Source: an uncultured Clostridia bacterium (GTDB lineage Bacteria > Bacillota > Clostridia > Christensenellales > UBA1242). Taken from it: a stretch of 64,000 nucleotides of DNA. The notes under the pieces are model-generated. The model worked only from the letters and a program-made list of their open reading frames with translations, was not told the DNA's origin and searched no databases. The stretch's first letter is position 1. Every line of letters starts with the position of its first letter. Made by a program: the position numbers and the translations under genes. The DNA lies in NCBI GenBank assembly GCA_944350265.1, contig CALVOG010000001.1, forward strand, positions 85,470 to 149,469, read 5' to 3'. Of this stretch, positions 18,969 through 27,375 are shown piece after piece.

Positions 18969-19967
18969 GTGGAAGATAGATTTATAACAAGCACAAAAAA
19001 TTGGACGGACGCTGAAATTGAAACCTCACTTCGTCCAACAAGTTTGGATGATTATGTTGGGCAGGAGAAGATTAAGGACAGTTTGAGGGTGTATATTCAA
19101 GCGGCGAAAACGCGTAAGGACGCTCTTGACCACGTGCTTTTATATGGTCCTCCTGGCTTAGGCAAAACCACTCTTTCGCACATTATCGCCAAGGAATTAG
19201 GCTCGCAAATAAAAATTACATCGGGTCCTGCCATTGAGCACGCTGCTGACCTTGCCGCAATTCTCACCAACCTCAACAAAAACGATGTTCTTTTCATTGA
19301 CGAAATTCATAGGCTTAATAAGACCGTTGAGGAAATTTTGTATCCAGCGATGGAAGATTTTGCGCTTGATTTTATAGTTGGAAAAGGACCGTCAGCGAAA
19401 AATATGCGTCTTAAAATTCAACCTTTCACGCTTATCGGCGCAACCACAAAGGCGGGGATGCTCACAAGTCCGCTCCGTGATAGGTTCGGCGTGATTTGTC
19501 GATTGGAACTTTATGACGACAAAGATTTACAGGTGATTGTCAACCGCTCGGCGGATATTTTGAAGATTAAAATCGACGACAGCGCCAGCCTTGACATTGC
19601 AAAACGCTCGCGCGGGACACCGAGAATTGCCAACCGACTCCTTAAACGTGTGCGTGACTACGCTGAAGTTTTGGGCTCGGGTGAGATAACAAAAGAGATA
19701 ACCGATAATGCGCTTGCAAAAATGGAAATCGACGAACTTGGGCTTGACTTTATCGACCGAAAAATTTTGGAAAGTATTATCTACAAATTCGGCGGAGGTC
19801 CTGTTGGACTTGACACGCTTTCGGCAACCATCGGCGAGGACGCTGGCACGATTGAGGATGTTTATGAACCATACCTTATGCAACTTGGGTTTGTGGCAAG
19901 AACGCCTCGCGGGCGTATCGCTATGGAAAACGCCTATCATCATTTAGGAATTACCTATGATAAATAA
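18969..19967 (+). CDS. ruvB: Holliday junction branch migration DNA helicase RuvB
   Basis: [12 protein letters not shown], Walker [10 protein letters not shown] and Walker [13 protein letters not shown] start follows GGAGGTGAG. Confidence 0.95.
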   Translation: MEDRFITSTKNWTDAEIETSLRPTSLDDYVGQEKIKDSLRVYIQAAKTRKDALDHVLLYGPPGLGKTTLSHIIAKELGSQIKITSGPAIEHAADLAAILTNLNKNDVLFIDEIHRLNKTVEEILYPAMEDFALDFIVGKGPSAKNMRLKIQPFTLIGATTKAGMLTSPLRDRFGVICRLELYDDKDLQVIVNRSADILKIKIDDSASLDIAKRSRGTPRIANRLLKRVRDYAEVLGSGEITKEITDNALAKMEIDELGLDFIDRKILESIIYKFGGGPVGLDTLSATIGEDAGTIEDVYEPYLMQLGFVARTPRGRIAMENAYHHLGITYDK

Positions 19968-20053
19968 TTGAAAAAACTTTGAAGGTGTTTAAACAAAATT
20001 TTTAGTGATATAATGGCTTTATTTTAAGATACCAGATAAACAAAAGGGAAATT

Positions 20054-21094
20054 ATGCAACGAGAATTATTACGTTCCACTTATTTTTATAACCTACCTGA
20101 GGAACTTATCGCGCAGTCACCAGTTGAACCGCGTGATTTTTCGCGTCTTTTATGCTATAACCGTGAAACTGGTGAGCGAAAGGATTTACGTTTTTATGAT
20201 ATCGAAAACCTCCTAAACGAGGGCGATGTTTTGGTGGTTAATAACACGCGCGTTTTGCCAGCGCGTCTTTTTGGGTTTAAGCGGACGGGGGCAAAAATTG
20301 AAATACTCCTCCAAAAGCGCATTGATTTGACGCATTGGGAGGTTATTGCAAAGCCATTTAAGCGCATAGATGTGGGAACGGAGGTTATATTTAACGAAAA
20401 TATCAAGGCGGAGGTGATGCAGAAAGCCACATATGGCTCGTGCGTTGTTGAGTTTATTTATGACCGTAAAAAGAGTTTTGAAGAGCATCTATTAGAAATT
20501 GGCACGGTGCCTCTTCCGCCATATATTAAAGAAAAGCTAAAGGACCCAGAGCGCTATCAAACCGTATACGCAAAAATTGAGGGTTCAAGCGCCGCACCAA
20601 CGGCAGGATTGCACTTCACAACCTCTCTTATTGAAAGGTTAAAAAAGAAGGGCGTGGAATTTTGCGAGGTCCTCTTGCACGTTGGGCTTGGCACTTTTAG
20701 GCCCGTTAAAGAAGATAACATCTTGGAGCATAAGATGCACAGCGAATACATTGAAGTCACAGAAGAGGTGGCAACAAAACTAAATTCGGCGAAAAAGGCG
20801 GGCAGGCGGATTATCGCTGTCGGCACCACATCGGTGAGAGTTTTGGAAAGTGCTACGGACGAGAACGGCGTTCTTCATAGCGTTAAGCGTGAAACTGATA
20901 TTTTTATTTATCCACCATATAAGTTTAAATTTGTTGACGCGCTTATCACAAATTTCCACTTGCCAGAGTCCACTCTTATTATGCTTGTTTCGGCATTTGT
21001 TGGAGATATTGATAAAACCTTGGCACTATACAATCACGCCGTGAAAGAAAAGTATAGGTTTTTCAGTTTTGGCGACGCGATGTTTATCGAGTGA
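20054..21094 (+). CDS. queA: tRNA preQ1(34) S-adenosylmethionine ribosyltransferase-isomerase
   Basis: 346 aa. LPEELIAQSP, VVNNTRVLPARL, PLPPYI, SSAAPTAGLHFT and HLPESTL all match. Confidence 0.95.
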   Translation: MQRELLRSTYFYNLPEELIAQSPVEPRDFSRLLCYNRETGERKDLRFYDIENLLNEGDVLVVNNTRVLPARLFGFKRTGAKIEILLQKRIDLTHWEVIAKPFKRIDVGTEVIFNENIKAEVMQKATYGSCVVEFIYDRKKSFEEHLLEIGTVPLPPYIKEKLKDPERYQTVYAKIEGSSAAPTAGLHFTTSLIERLKKKGVEFCEVLLHVGLGTFRPVKEDNILEHKMHSEYIEVTEEVATKLNSAKKAGRRIIAVGTTSVRVLESATDENGVLHSVKRETDIFIYPPYKFKFVDALITNFHLPESTLIMLVSAFVGDIDKTLALYNHAVKEKYRFFSFGDAMFIE

Positions 21095-21212
21095 GTGTGT
21101 TTAACGAATAAGGCGCGAGGTTTTAAGAGATTTTGTAATGGTGGGTGTTGTCGAGTGAGGGGCGGACAAGTTGCCACGCGGTTTTGCCTTTTGGTGTGGT
21201 GTTTATCGAGTG
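21081..21212 (+). repeat. echoes of the queA 3' terminus (TGTTTATCGAGTG) in the downstream spacer
   Basis: TGTTTATCGAGTG at 21081 includes the queA stop. TGTTGTCGAGTG follows at 21146 and TGTTTATCGAGTG at 21200, giving spacings of 65 and 54 bp within a G/T-rich degenerate tandem repeat. Confidence 0.8.
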
Positions 21213-21327
21213 GGTTGTGCGGACGTGATTGCTTGGCGATTTTGGTTGTGAGGGGCGCTGAGCGTAGAGTAAAATGATATTTTTAATAGGTGTGGAGCGT
21301 GTTAGTTAATGTGGTGAGTTTTGCTAC

Positions 21328-21452
21328 GGGGCGCTGAGTGCGCGCTGGAAGCGCGCCGAGCGCGGAAGAAAGGTGGGGTTTAAAGAAGTGAGAAGTTTGC
21401 TCTTCCGCGCTCATCAATTTTCGAAGAAAATTGAAACTCAGCGCCAGCCCCC
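21328..21452. other. GC-rich nested inverted-repeat element X1 (four-way-junction fold), candidate structured RNA or DNA element
   Basis: The outer stem pairs GGCGCTGAGT with ACTCAGCGCC. It encloses three hairpins: GCGCGCT-gga-AGCGCGC, GAGCGCGGAAGA-31 nt-TCTTCCGCGCTC (12 bp, perfect), and CAATTTTC-gaa-GAAAATTG. Confidence 0.6.
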
Positions 21453-21480
21453 CTTGCCTAACTAAAATTTCATAAAACAC

Positions 21481-22693
<1,213 letters not shown>

Positions 22694-22746
22694 GTGGCGC
22701 TGTTGACATCGCGGTGGCGCGTGCACTATTGTTCATATAATATAAT

Positions 22747-22845
22747 CCATATCGCCAGACGAGGTAGTTATTTGTCATTCTGAAGCAACGTCGAAGAATG
22801 GTCGTGGGTGATGCTGTCACTTTTTAAGGTGACGCGTGTTATGCA
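22747..22845 (+). repeat. GTCATTCTGAG-family mosaic repeat, copy 3 (forward, variant GAAGAATGGTCGTGGGTGATGCTGTCAC)
   Basis: Core at 22774. The right arm resembles copy 9 (55271). Confidence 0.8.
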
Positions 22846-22862
22846 CTATTGGTAATATAACC

Positions 22863-22955
22863 CATACCGCAAGGCAACATCGCTAAATGTCATTCTGAGC
22901 GAAGCGAAGAATCTCGTCGTAGCACCTTCCCGCGAACGTCTAATCTTTCCTCTTG
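22863..22955 (+). repeat. GTCATTCTGAG-family mosaic repeat, copy 4 (forward, canonical)
   Basis: Core at 22889: GTCATTCTGAGCGAAGCGAAGAATCTCGTCGTAGCACC, followed by CCCGCGAACGTCTAATCTTTCCTCTT. Confidence 0.9.
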
Positions 22956-22981
22956 ACAAACTCAGCACGCCACAACAATTC

Positions 22982-23075
22982 TACCGCAAGGACTATCGGT
23001 TTAATTGTCATTCTGAGCGAAGCGAAGAATCTCGTCGTAGCACCAGCCCGCGTATGTCGAATCTATCCTCTTCGC
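22982..23075 (+). repeat. GTCATTCTGAG-family mosaic repeat, copy 5 (forward, canonical)
   Basis: Core at 23007, with the same 38-mer as copy 4, followed by GCCCGCGTATGTCGAATCTATCCTCTT. Confidence 0.9.
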
Positions 23076-23204
23076 AGGCATATTATAAAAGGTTAATTTA
23101 ATAAGAAACCACTATAGGGTTCGCTCTATTTTAAGTGGTGTTTTTTTAATTTTGTAACGATTAGCACATCACACCGCTTAATTATTAGAATTATCAACTT
23201 GTTA

Positions 23205-23230
23205 CCACCCGCGAATGTCTAATTCATCCA
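23205..23230 (+). repeat. solo right-hand module of the mosaic repeat (CCACCCGCGAATGTCTAATTCATCC)
   Basis: Matches the CCCGCGAACGTCTAATCT module of copies 4, 5 and 9, but no core is present. Confidence 0.6.
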
Positions 23231-23255
23231 AATAAAAAAGTTTAACACGAAAGCC

Positions 23256-23281
23256 CCACTTATTTTAAGTGGTGTTTTTTA
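23256..23281 (+). terminator. rho-independent terminator-like hairpin (second copy of ATTTTAAGTGGTGTTTTTT)
   Basis: Stem CCACTTA / TAAGTGG, loop TTT, then TGTTTTTT. A related copy at 23112-23147 has a longer loop. Confidence 0.55.
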
Positions 23282-23499
23282 TTTTGCAAACCACGGTTCT
23301 ATGTCAATTATCCTTCTCGCACAGAATAATATTTAGCCTTGCTCTCAAAGTATTACAGGCGCATAAATTCTTTATCAAAACACAACTTTTTGACGGTCTT
23401 TTGCCGTGATTTTTTTATGTTTATTTTTTTTGCTATCGCGGTGGCAAATTTTTTGTTTAGCGTTTTATTATGGTGGCAATATTATATTAGAGGTAATGT

Positions 23500-24492
23500 A
23501 TGAGATGTGACACAATTAAGTTTAAAAAAGCGCCGAAAATTGTAGGCTCATTTTCAATTGTTGGACCTAAAGAGGGTGAGGGAAATTTTAAAGATTACTT
23601 CGATTATATAATGAAAAATGACCTGTTTGGCGAAAAAACTTTCGAAATGGCGGAAAGGAAAATGGTGGAAACAGCAATAACGGGCGCCATTCAAAATGCG
23701 AAACTTAATGTGAAGGATATCGACATTTTGGTTGCGGGCGACTTGCTGAATCAAATAATTTCATCCTCGTATGCGGCGCGTGCGTTCAACTTTCCATATC
23801 TAGGCGTGTATGGTGCCTGTTCCACAATGGCGGAAAGTATGGCGGTCGGTGCTATTTTGGTGGATGGGGGCTACTTTAAAAATGTTGCTTGTTGCACTGC
23901 CTCACACTTCTCAACGGCGGAAAGACAATATCGTTTTCCGCTGGAACTTGGCAACCAACGTCCTCCCGTTTCGCAATGGACGGTGACGGGTGCAGGCAGT
24001 TGTGTGATTTCCTGCGAAGGCGAGGGTCCTCGCATAACAATGGCAACATTCGGTAAGGTGATTGACTGGGGAATTGTTGATGTAAATAATATGGGCGCGG
24101 CAATGGCGCCAAGCTGTGCCTCGACATTGCTTGCGCACTTTGAAAACACTAAAACTTCGCCAGATGATTACGACCTCATTGCGACGGGCGACCTTGGAAA
24201 ACTTGGCAGTGAAATTTTGATTGATTTAATGGAGGACAAAGGAATTAAACTTGGTTTAAATTATTGTGATTGCGGACAAATGTATTATAAACGCAATCAA
24301 AACACACTGTGCGGAGGAAGTGGGTGCGGTTGTTCGGCAACGGTTTTTAATTCGTATATTATGAAAAAATTGAAGAGTGGAAAATTGAAAAAGGTTTTGT
24401 TTCTGCCAACGGGTGCGCTTCTTAGCACAACGGCAACTCAGCAGGGCGAAAGCATCCCAGGAGTTTGCCACGCCATTGTGTGTGAAAGTTAA
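23500..24492 (+). CDS. spoVAD: stage V sporulation protein AD
   Basis: 330 aa thiolase-like fold. IVGPKEGEG, GDLLNQI, GACSTMAES and GGSGCGCSA are typical of SpoVAD. Confidence 0.9.
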   Translation: MRCDTIKFKKAPKIVGSFSIVGPKEGEGNFKDYFDYIMKNDLFGEKTFEMAERKMVETAITGAIQNAKLNVKDIDILVAGDLLNQIISSSYAARAFNFPYLGVYGACSTMAESMAVGAILVDGGYFKNVACCTASHFSTAERQYRFPLELGNQRPPVSQWTVTGAGSCVISCEGEGPRITMATFGKVIDWGIVDVNNMGAAMAPSCASTLLAHFENTKTSPDDYDLIATGDLGKLGSEILIDLMEDKGIKLGLNYCDCGQMYYKRNQNTLCGGSGCGCSATVFNSYIMKKLKSGKLKKVLFLPTGALLSTTATQQGESIPGVCHAIVCES

Positions 24493-25005
24493 TTTGTGAA
24501 AATGTGTCAAAAGTTAATACGTGCCGAGGGTGTTATAATTTTGTAAAAGTATTATTTTATCATAAATTTTTTATGGCGTGTATTTTGTAAATATATTGAG
24601 ATATTTTGAAAATAATAAAATGCAATTTTATTATAATAATTTTATCTCGTTTATGAAAATGCAATAATTGAAGGGAGAATTAAAAATTTTGTTTTTCTAA
24701 AAAATGCAAAAATAAGCCTTAAAAAATGATAAAAAAGTGAAAATAAATGTATTTTATTTAATTTTATAACATAAGTGTTAAATTTATAATTTTTAAACAA
24801 CGCAAAATTTTTGTTTGTTAAAGCGCAATTTTTCTTTAAAAGGCAGTAAAATCGATATGAACTTTACGTGTTATTTTTGTAAAACTAATAAATTTGTTGC
24901 GTGTGACGATTATTAAGATTTTTGTAAAGAATTTTTGAAAATATATTAATTATCAATGAAATTTTTTAAACAAAATGGAAAGAATTAATGTGTGGGTGTT
25001 AAGTT

Positions 25006-25374
25006 ATGGATATGTTTTTAGATTATCTTTGGGTGTTTTTAATAGGCGGACTAGTGTGTATGATTGGTGAGATTTTAATTATCACAACCAATATGACTTC
25101 GGCGCGCATTCTTGTTTCTTTTGTGCTTGTGGGTGTCCTCTTGGAGGCAGTTGGCGTTTTTAAATATATCAGCGACTTTGCTGGTGCGGGCATAAATGTG
25201 CCTATTGTCGGCTTTGGCGCGTCTCTTGCAAAAGGCGCGATTGGAGCGGTTAAGTCGCAAGGAATTTTAGGTATTTTTACGGGTGGCTTGACGGCAACTG
25301 CGGGCGGTATTTCGGCAGCGATTGTTTTTGCTTTCATATTCGCGCTCATCTTCCACTCACACACAAAAAAGTAA
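25006..25374 (+). CDS. spoVAE: stage V sporulation protein AE (SpoVAEB type)
   Basis: 122 aa, four TM segments. FAGAGINVPIVGFGASLAKGA and GGLTATAGGISAAIVFAF match SpoVAEB. Confidence 0.85.
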   Translation: MDMFLDYLWVFLIGGLVCMIGEILIITTNMTSARILVSFVLVGVLLEAVGVFKYISDFAGAGINVPIVGFGASLAKGAIGAVKSQGILGIFTGGLTATAGGISAAIVFAFIFALIFHSHTKK

Positions 25375-25421
25375 AAGAGGGCTAGGGGCTGATTTGGGCA
25401 AATTAGGGGCATGTCGTTTGT

Positions 25422-25445
25422 AAGAGAGGTGTCCTCTTTGTTTTG
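25422..25445 (+). terminator. possible rho-independent terminator after spoVAE
   Basis: Stem AAGAGAGG / CCTCTTT, loop TGT, followed by GTTTT. Confidence 0.4.
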
Positions 25446-25454
25446 GTTATCATT

Positions 25455-25661
25455 TTAAGCGGAGGGGGATAGGAGGACTGGACGATAAGAAGGAGTGTTA
25501 ATTTTAAAAAATTGAAAGTGTGTGGCGCAAGTTTGGTTTGTCACATAAATTTGGGTGAAAGGTGACAGCACATCGTAATTTAAGCGGAGGGGGATAGTAA
25601 CCGATATAGGTATATGAGTCAACAATGGTCAGCGCACCGTAATTTAAGCGGAGGGGGATAG
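25455..25661. repeat. echoes of the yunB 3' terminus (TTAAGCGGAGGGGGATAG) in the downstream spacer
   Basis: TTTAAGCGGAGGGGGATAG occurs at 25455, 25579 and 25643. The last copy encodes the final codons and stop of yunB. Copies 2 and 3 share a longer unit of about 32 bp, CAGCRCAYCGTAATTTAAGCGGAGGGGGATAG, with 64 bp spacing. Confidence 0.85.
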
Positions 25662-26315
25662 GGCGATGGTGTTGTTTGAGCCTAGGTAGACTTCTGGCAC
25701 TTTTCCCGTGATTACACTTTCCGTCACCAAAAACTCGGTTATGCTATCCACTGTTGAGGAGTAGGTTGGAAGCACCAAACTGACGCTAGCGTGCAGTTCG
25801 ATATACAGCGAGTGGTTGGTTTGATTTATGCCTGCCGAGGTGAAGTTACTCCTAAAATTCGAGGTCATCGCGCCGATTTGCACAAATTTTATATTCACGC
25901 ACGGTCCCACACCAACCAAAAACGGCAAGCCTGTGAACGTGCCGAGGGCGATGTCGATGCCGTTGTTTCCCATTTCGTCCAAATAAACCTGCGCAACTTG
26001 GTAGAATCGGCGCGCAAGGTTGTTGACGAGGACCGTGTCGACTGATATCAGCGAAATTTCGCCGTTGTTGTCGTAGGAAATGTTGACTAGGTCCTCATAC
26101 CTTACTCCCTCTTCGGCAATCACGTCATACACGGCGTCGCTCACCGCGGAGGTTGAAAGAGAATAGATAGACGCCCACGTTGCCTCCTTAACAACGGGGT
26201 TGATAACACAAAAGACGTATAAAACTATCGACACAACAAGCAAAAATAGCAAAACAAGCGCCACAATTCTGCGTCGTTTTTGAGTTTTTCGCTGGAGGTA
26301 GCAAAGTTTTCTCAC
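25644..26315 (-). CDS. yunB: sporulation protein YunB
   Basis: 223 aa. An N-terminal TM helix, then ...ALGTFTGLPFLVGVGPCVNIKF...SAGINQTNHSLYIELHASV...ITGKVPEVYLG, typical of the YunB family. GTG start. Confidence 0.75.
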   Translation of the reverse strand: MRKLCYLQRKTQKRRRIVALVLLFLLVVSIVLYVFCVINPVVKEATWASIYSLSTSAVSDAVYDVIAEEGVRYEDLVNISYDNNGEISLISVDTVLVNNLARRFYQVAQVYLDEMGNNGIDIALGTFTGLPFLVGVGPCVNIKFVQIGAMTSNFRSNFTSAGINQTNHSLYIELHASVSLVLPTYSSTVDSITEFLVTESVITGKVPEVYLGSNNTIALSPSA

Positions 26316-26390
26316 ATCCTATATATATGTTCAAACGCGCCTCAAAATTAAAAAAATGGCAAAATTTGTCGATTTTTCGCTGGATAAAAT

Positions 26391-26574
26391 GGGGGGGGGA
26401 TTTAGACATCCGCAAGTAAGAGGATAGATTTGACCTTCGCGGGCGGTGATGGGAGAAACTTTTGTATATGCAATAAAGCCCAATACGCGACGCATTAAAA
26501 AGTGGCGATGCCACCGACGAGATTCTTCGCTCCGCTCAGAATGACAAATAAACAAATAGTCCTATCGGTATAGG
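26391..26574 (-). repeat. GTCATTCTGAG-family mosaic repeat, copy 6 (reverse, with insertion between modules)
   Basis: Core at 26535-26545. AAGAGGATAGATTTGACCTTCGCGGGCGG is the right-hand module. An internal GTGGCGATGCCAC hairpin is present. Confidence 0.8.
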
Positions 26575-26597
26575 CGATAACAGTGCGTCAAGCGTTT

Positions 26598-26714
26598 TTT
26601 TCTTTTAAGAGGACGATTTAGATTAGATTTTTCCTTTTAAGAGGACGATTTAGACTAGCTAGGACGATTTAGACTAGATTTTTCCTTTTAAGAGGACTAT
26701 ATAGACTAGATATT
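26598..26714 (+). repeat. tandem repeat, about 3.7 copies of a roughly 32 bp unit TTCCTTTTAAGAGGACGATTTAGACTAGATTT
   Basis: Read directly from the sequence. The unit shares AAGAGGA..TTAGAC with the right-hand module of the mosaic family. Confidence 0.85.
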
Positions 26715-26765
26715 GACACAGAGAACTAAAACAAAAAAATACTTTGCTAAATTTTGGTTATTTGC

Positions 26766-26794
26766 TTGCGTTTAATTACTGCACATCCTATAAT
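26766..26794 (+). promoter_or_regulatory. candidate orphan sigma-A type promoter facing the CBS gene about 580 nt downstream
   Basis: TTGCGT, 17 nt spacer, TATAAT. Confidence 0.35.
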
Positions 26795-26881
26795 AGTATT
26801 ATCGTAAGAAGAGGCTTTGAGCGAAATAAACTTTGAGAAACGATTATAAAATACTATTTAGCAAAATAGAAGAGGAAAATA

Positions 26882-27030
26882 AAAATAAGAACGCCTTTGT
26901 TAATGATAAAGAATTAGATTGTGAAAAAAGGGGAAATTGAATAAAAATGAGCAAAAGGAAAATGACAATAAGAACGCCTTATATTAACGAAAATAGGTTA
27001 GATTATGAAAAAGGGGGAATTGAATAAAAA
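26882..27030 (+). repeat. two imperfect tandem copies of a unit about 65 bp long, spaced 83 bp apart
   Basis: ATAAGAACGCC...GATT.TGAAAAA.GGGGAATTGAATAAAAA occurs at 26885 and 26968. Confidence 0.8.
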
Positions 27031-27084
27031 GTGGTTTAATTTGAAAAATTATCTATGCTTAACAATTTTTTAAATAAACGCTAA

Positions 27085-27335
27085 AAATGTTTTCAACTTT
27101 GAAATTTACATTAAAAAAATATTTTAGCGTCGCAATTTACACTAAAATTGTTTGTGCTTCGTAATTCAAATTATTTTCAACTTTGCAACCTGCTTTAAAA
27201 ATTGTTTTAGCTTCACATACTACATTATAAATGGTTTTCAACTTTGCAGGAATCACATTTCAAATTTTTTTGCCTTGTAATTCAAATTATTTTCAATCTT
27301 ACAAACCTACATAAAAAAATGTTTTTAGTTTGCAC
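27085..27335 (+). repeat. degenerate nested tandem repeats (TTTTCAACTTTG... / GTAATTCAAATTATTTTCAA...)
   Basis: TTTTCAACTTTG occurs at 27090, 27173 and 27234, with TTTTCAATCTT at 27290. GTAATTCAAATTATTTTCAA occurs twice, about 117 bp apart. Confidence 0.75.
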
Positions 27336-27375
27336 AAAAGTGAATTTCACAAGATGCGTGATAAAAGGATAGAAT

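Noticed and set aside
21328-21452. A cloverleaf fold that might be a tRNA or tRNA-like gene (also X2 at 54764-54885)
   Set aside because: The elements are about 125 nt long. They lack the GTTCGAATC-type T-loop, D-loop conserved bases, a 7-nt anticodon loop and a 7-bp acceptor with discriminator/CCA geometry. Their stems are 12-13 bp. They are not tRNAs.
23290-23499. A forespore (sigma-G/sigma-F type) promoter upstream of spoVAD, for example GCATAAATTC...CAACTTT near 23360
   Set aside because: The match to the GCATA-N17/18-CAnnnTA type consensus is weak and could arise by chance in AT-rich DNA. It is not reported as a feature.
25455-25661. A CRISPR-like pattern: a repeat of about 32 bp and a spacer of about 30 bp, with a 64-bp period
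   Set aside because: There are only three repeat copies, and only two share the full unit. One copy is the actual 3' end of yunB. There is no leader and no cas genes in the window. I treat it as a gene-end echo rather than a CRISPR array.
26188-26555. ORFs 26188..26514 (-) and 26331..26555 (-)
   Set aside because: They span the yunB 5' end and the mosaic repeat copy 6. The repeat family is translated in different frames at different copies, so it is not a conserved coding sequence.
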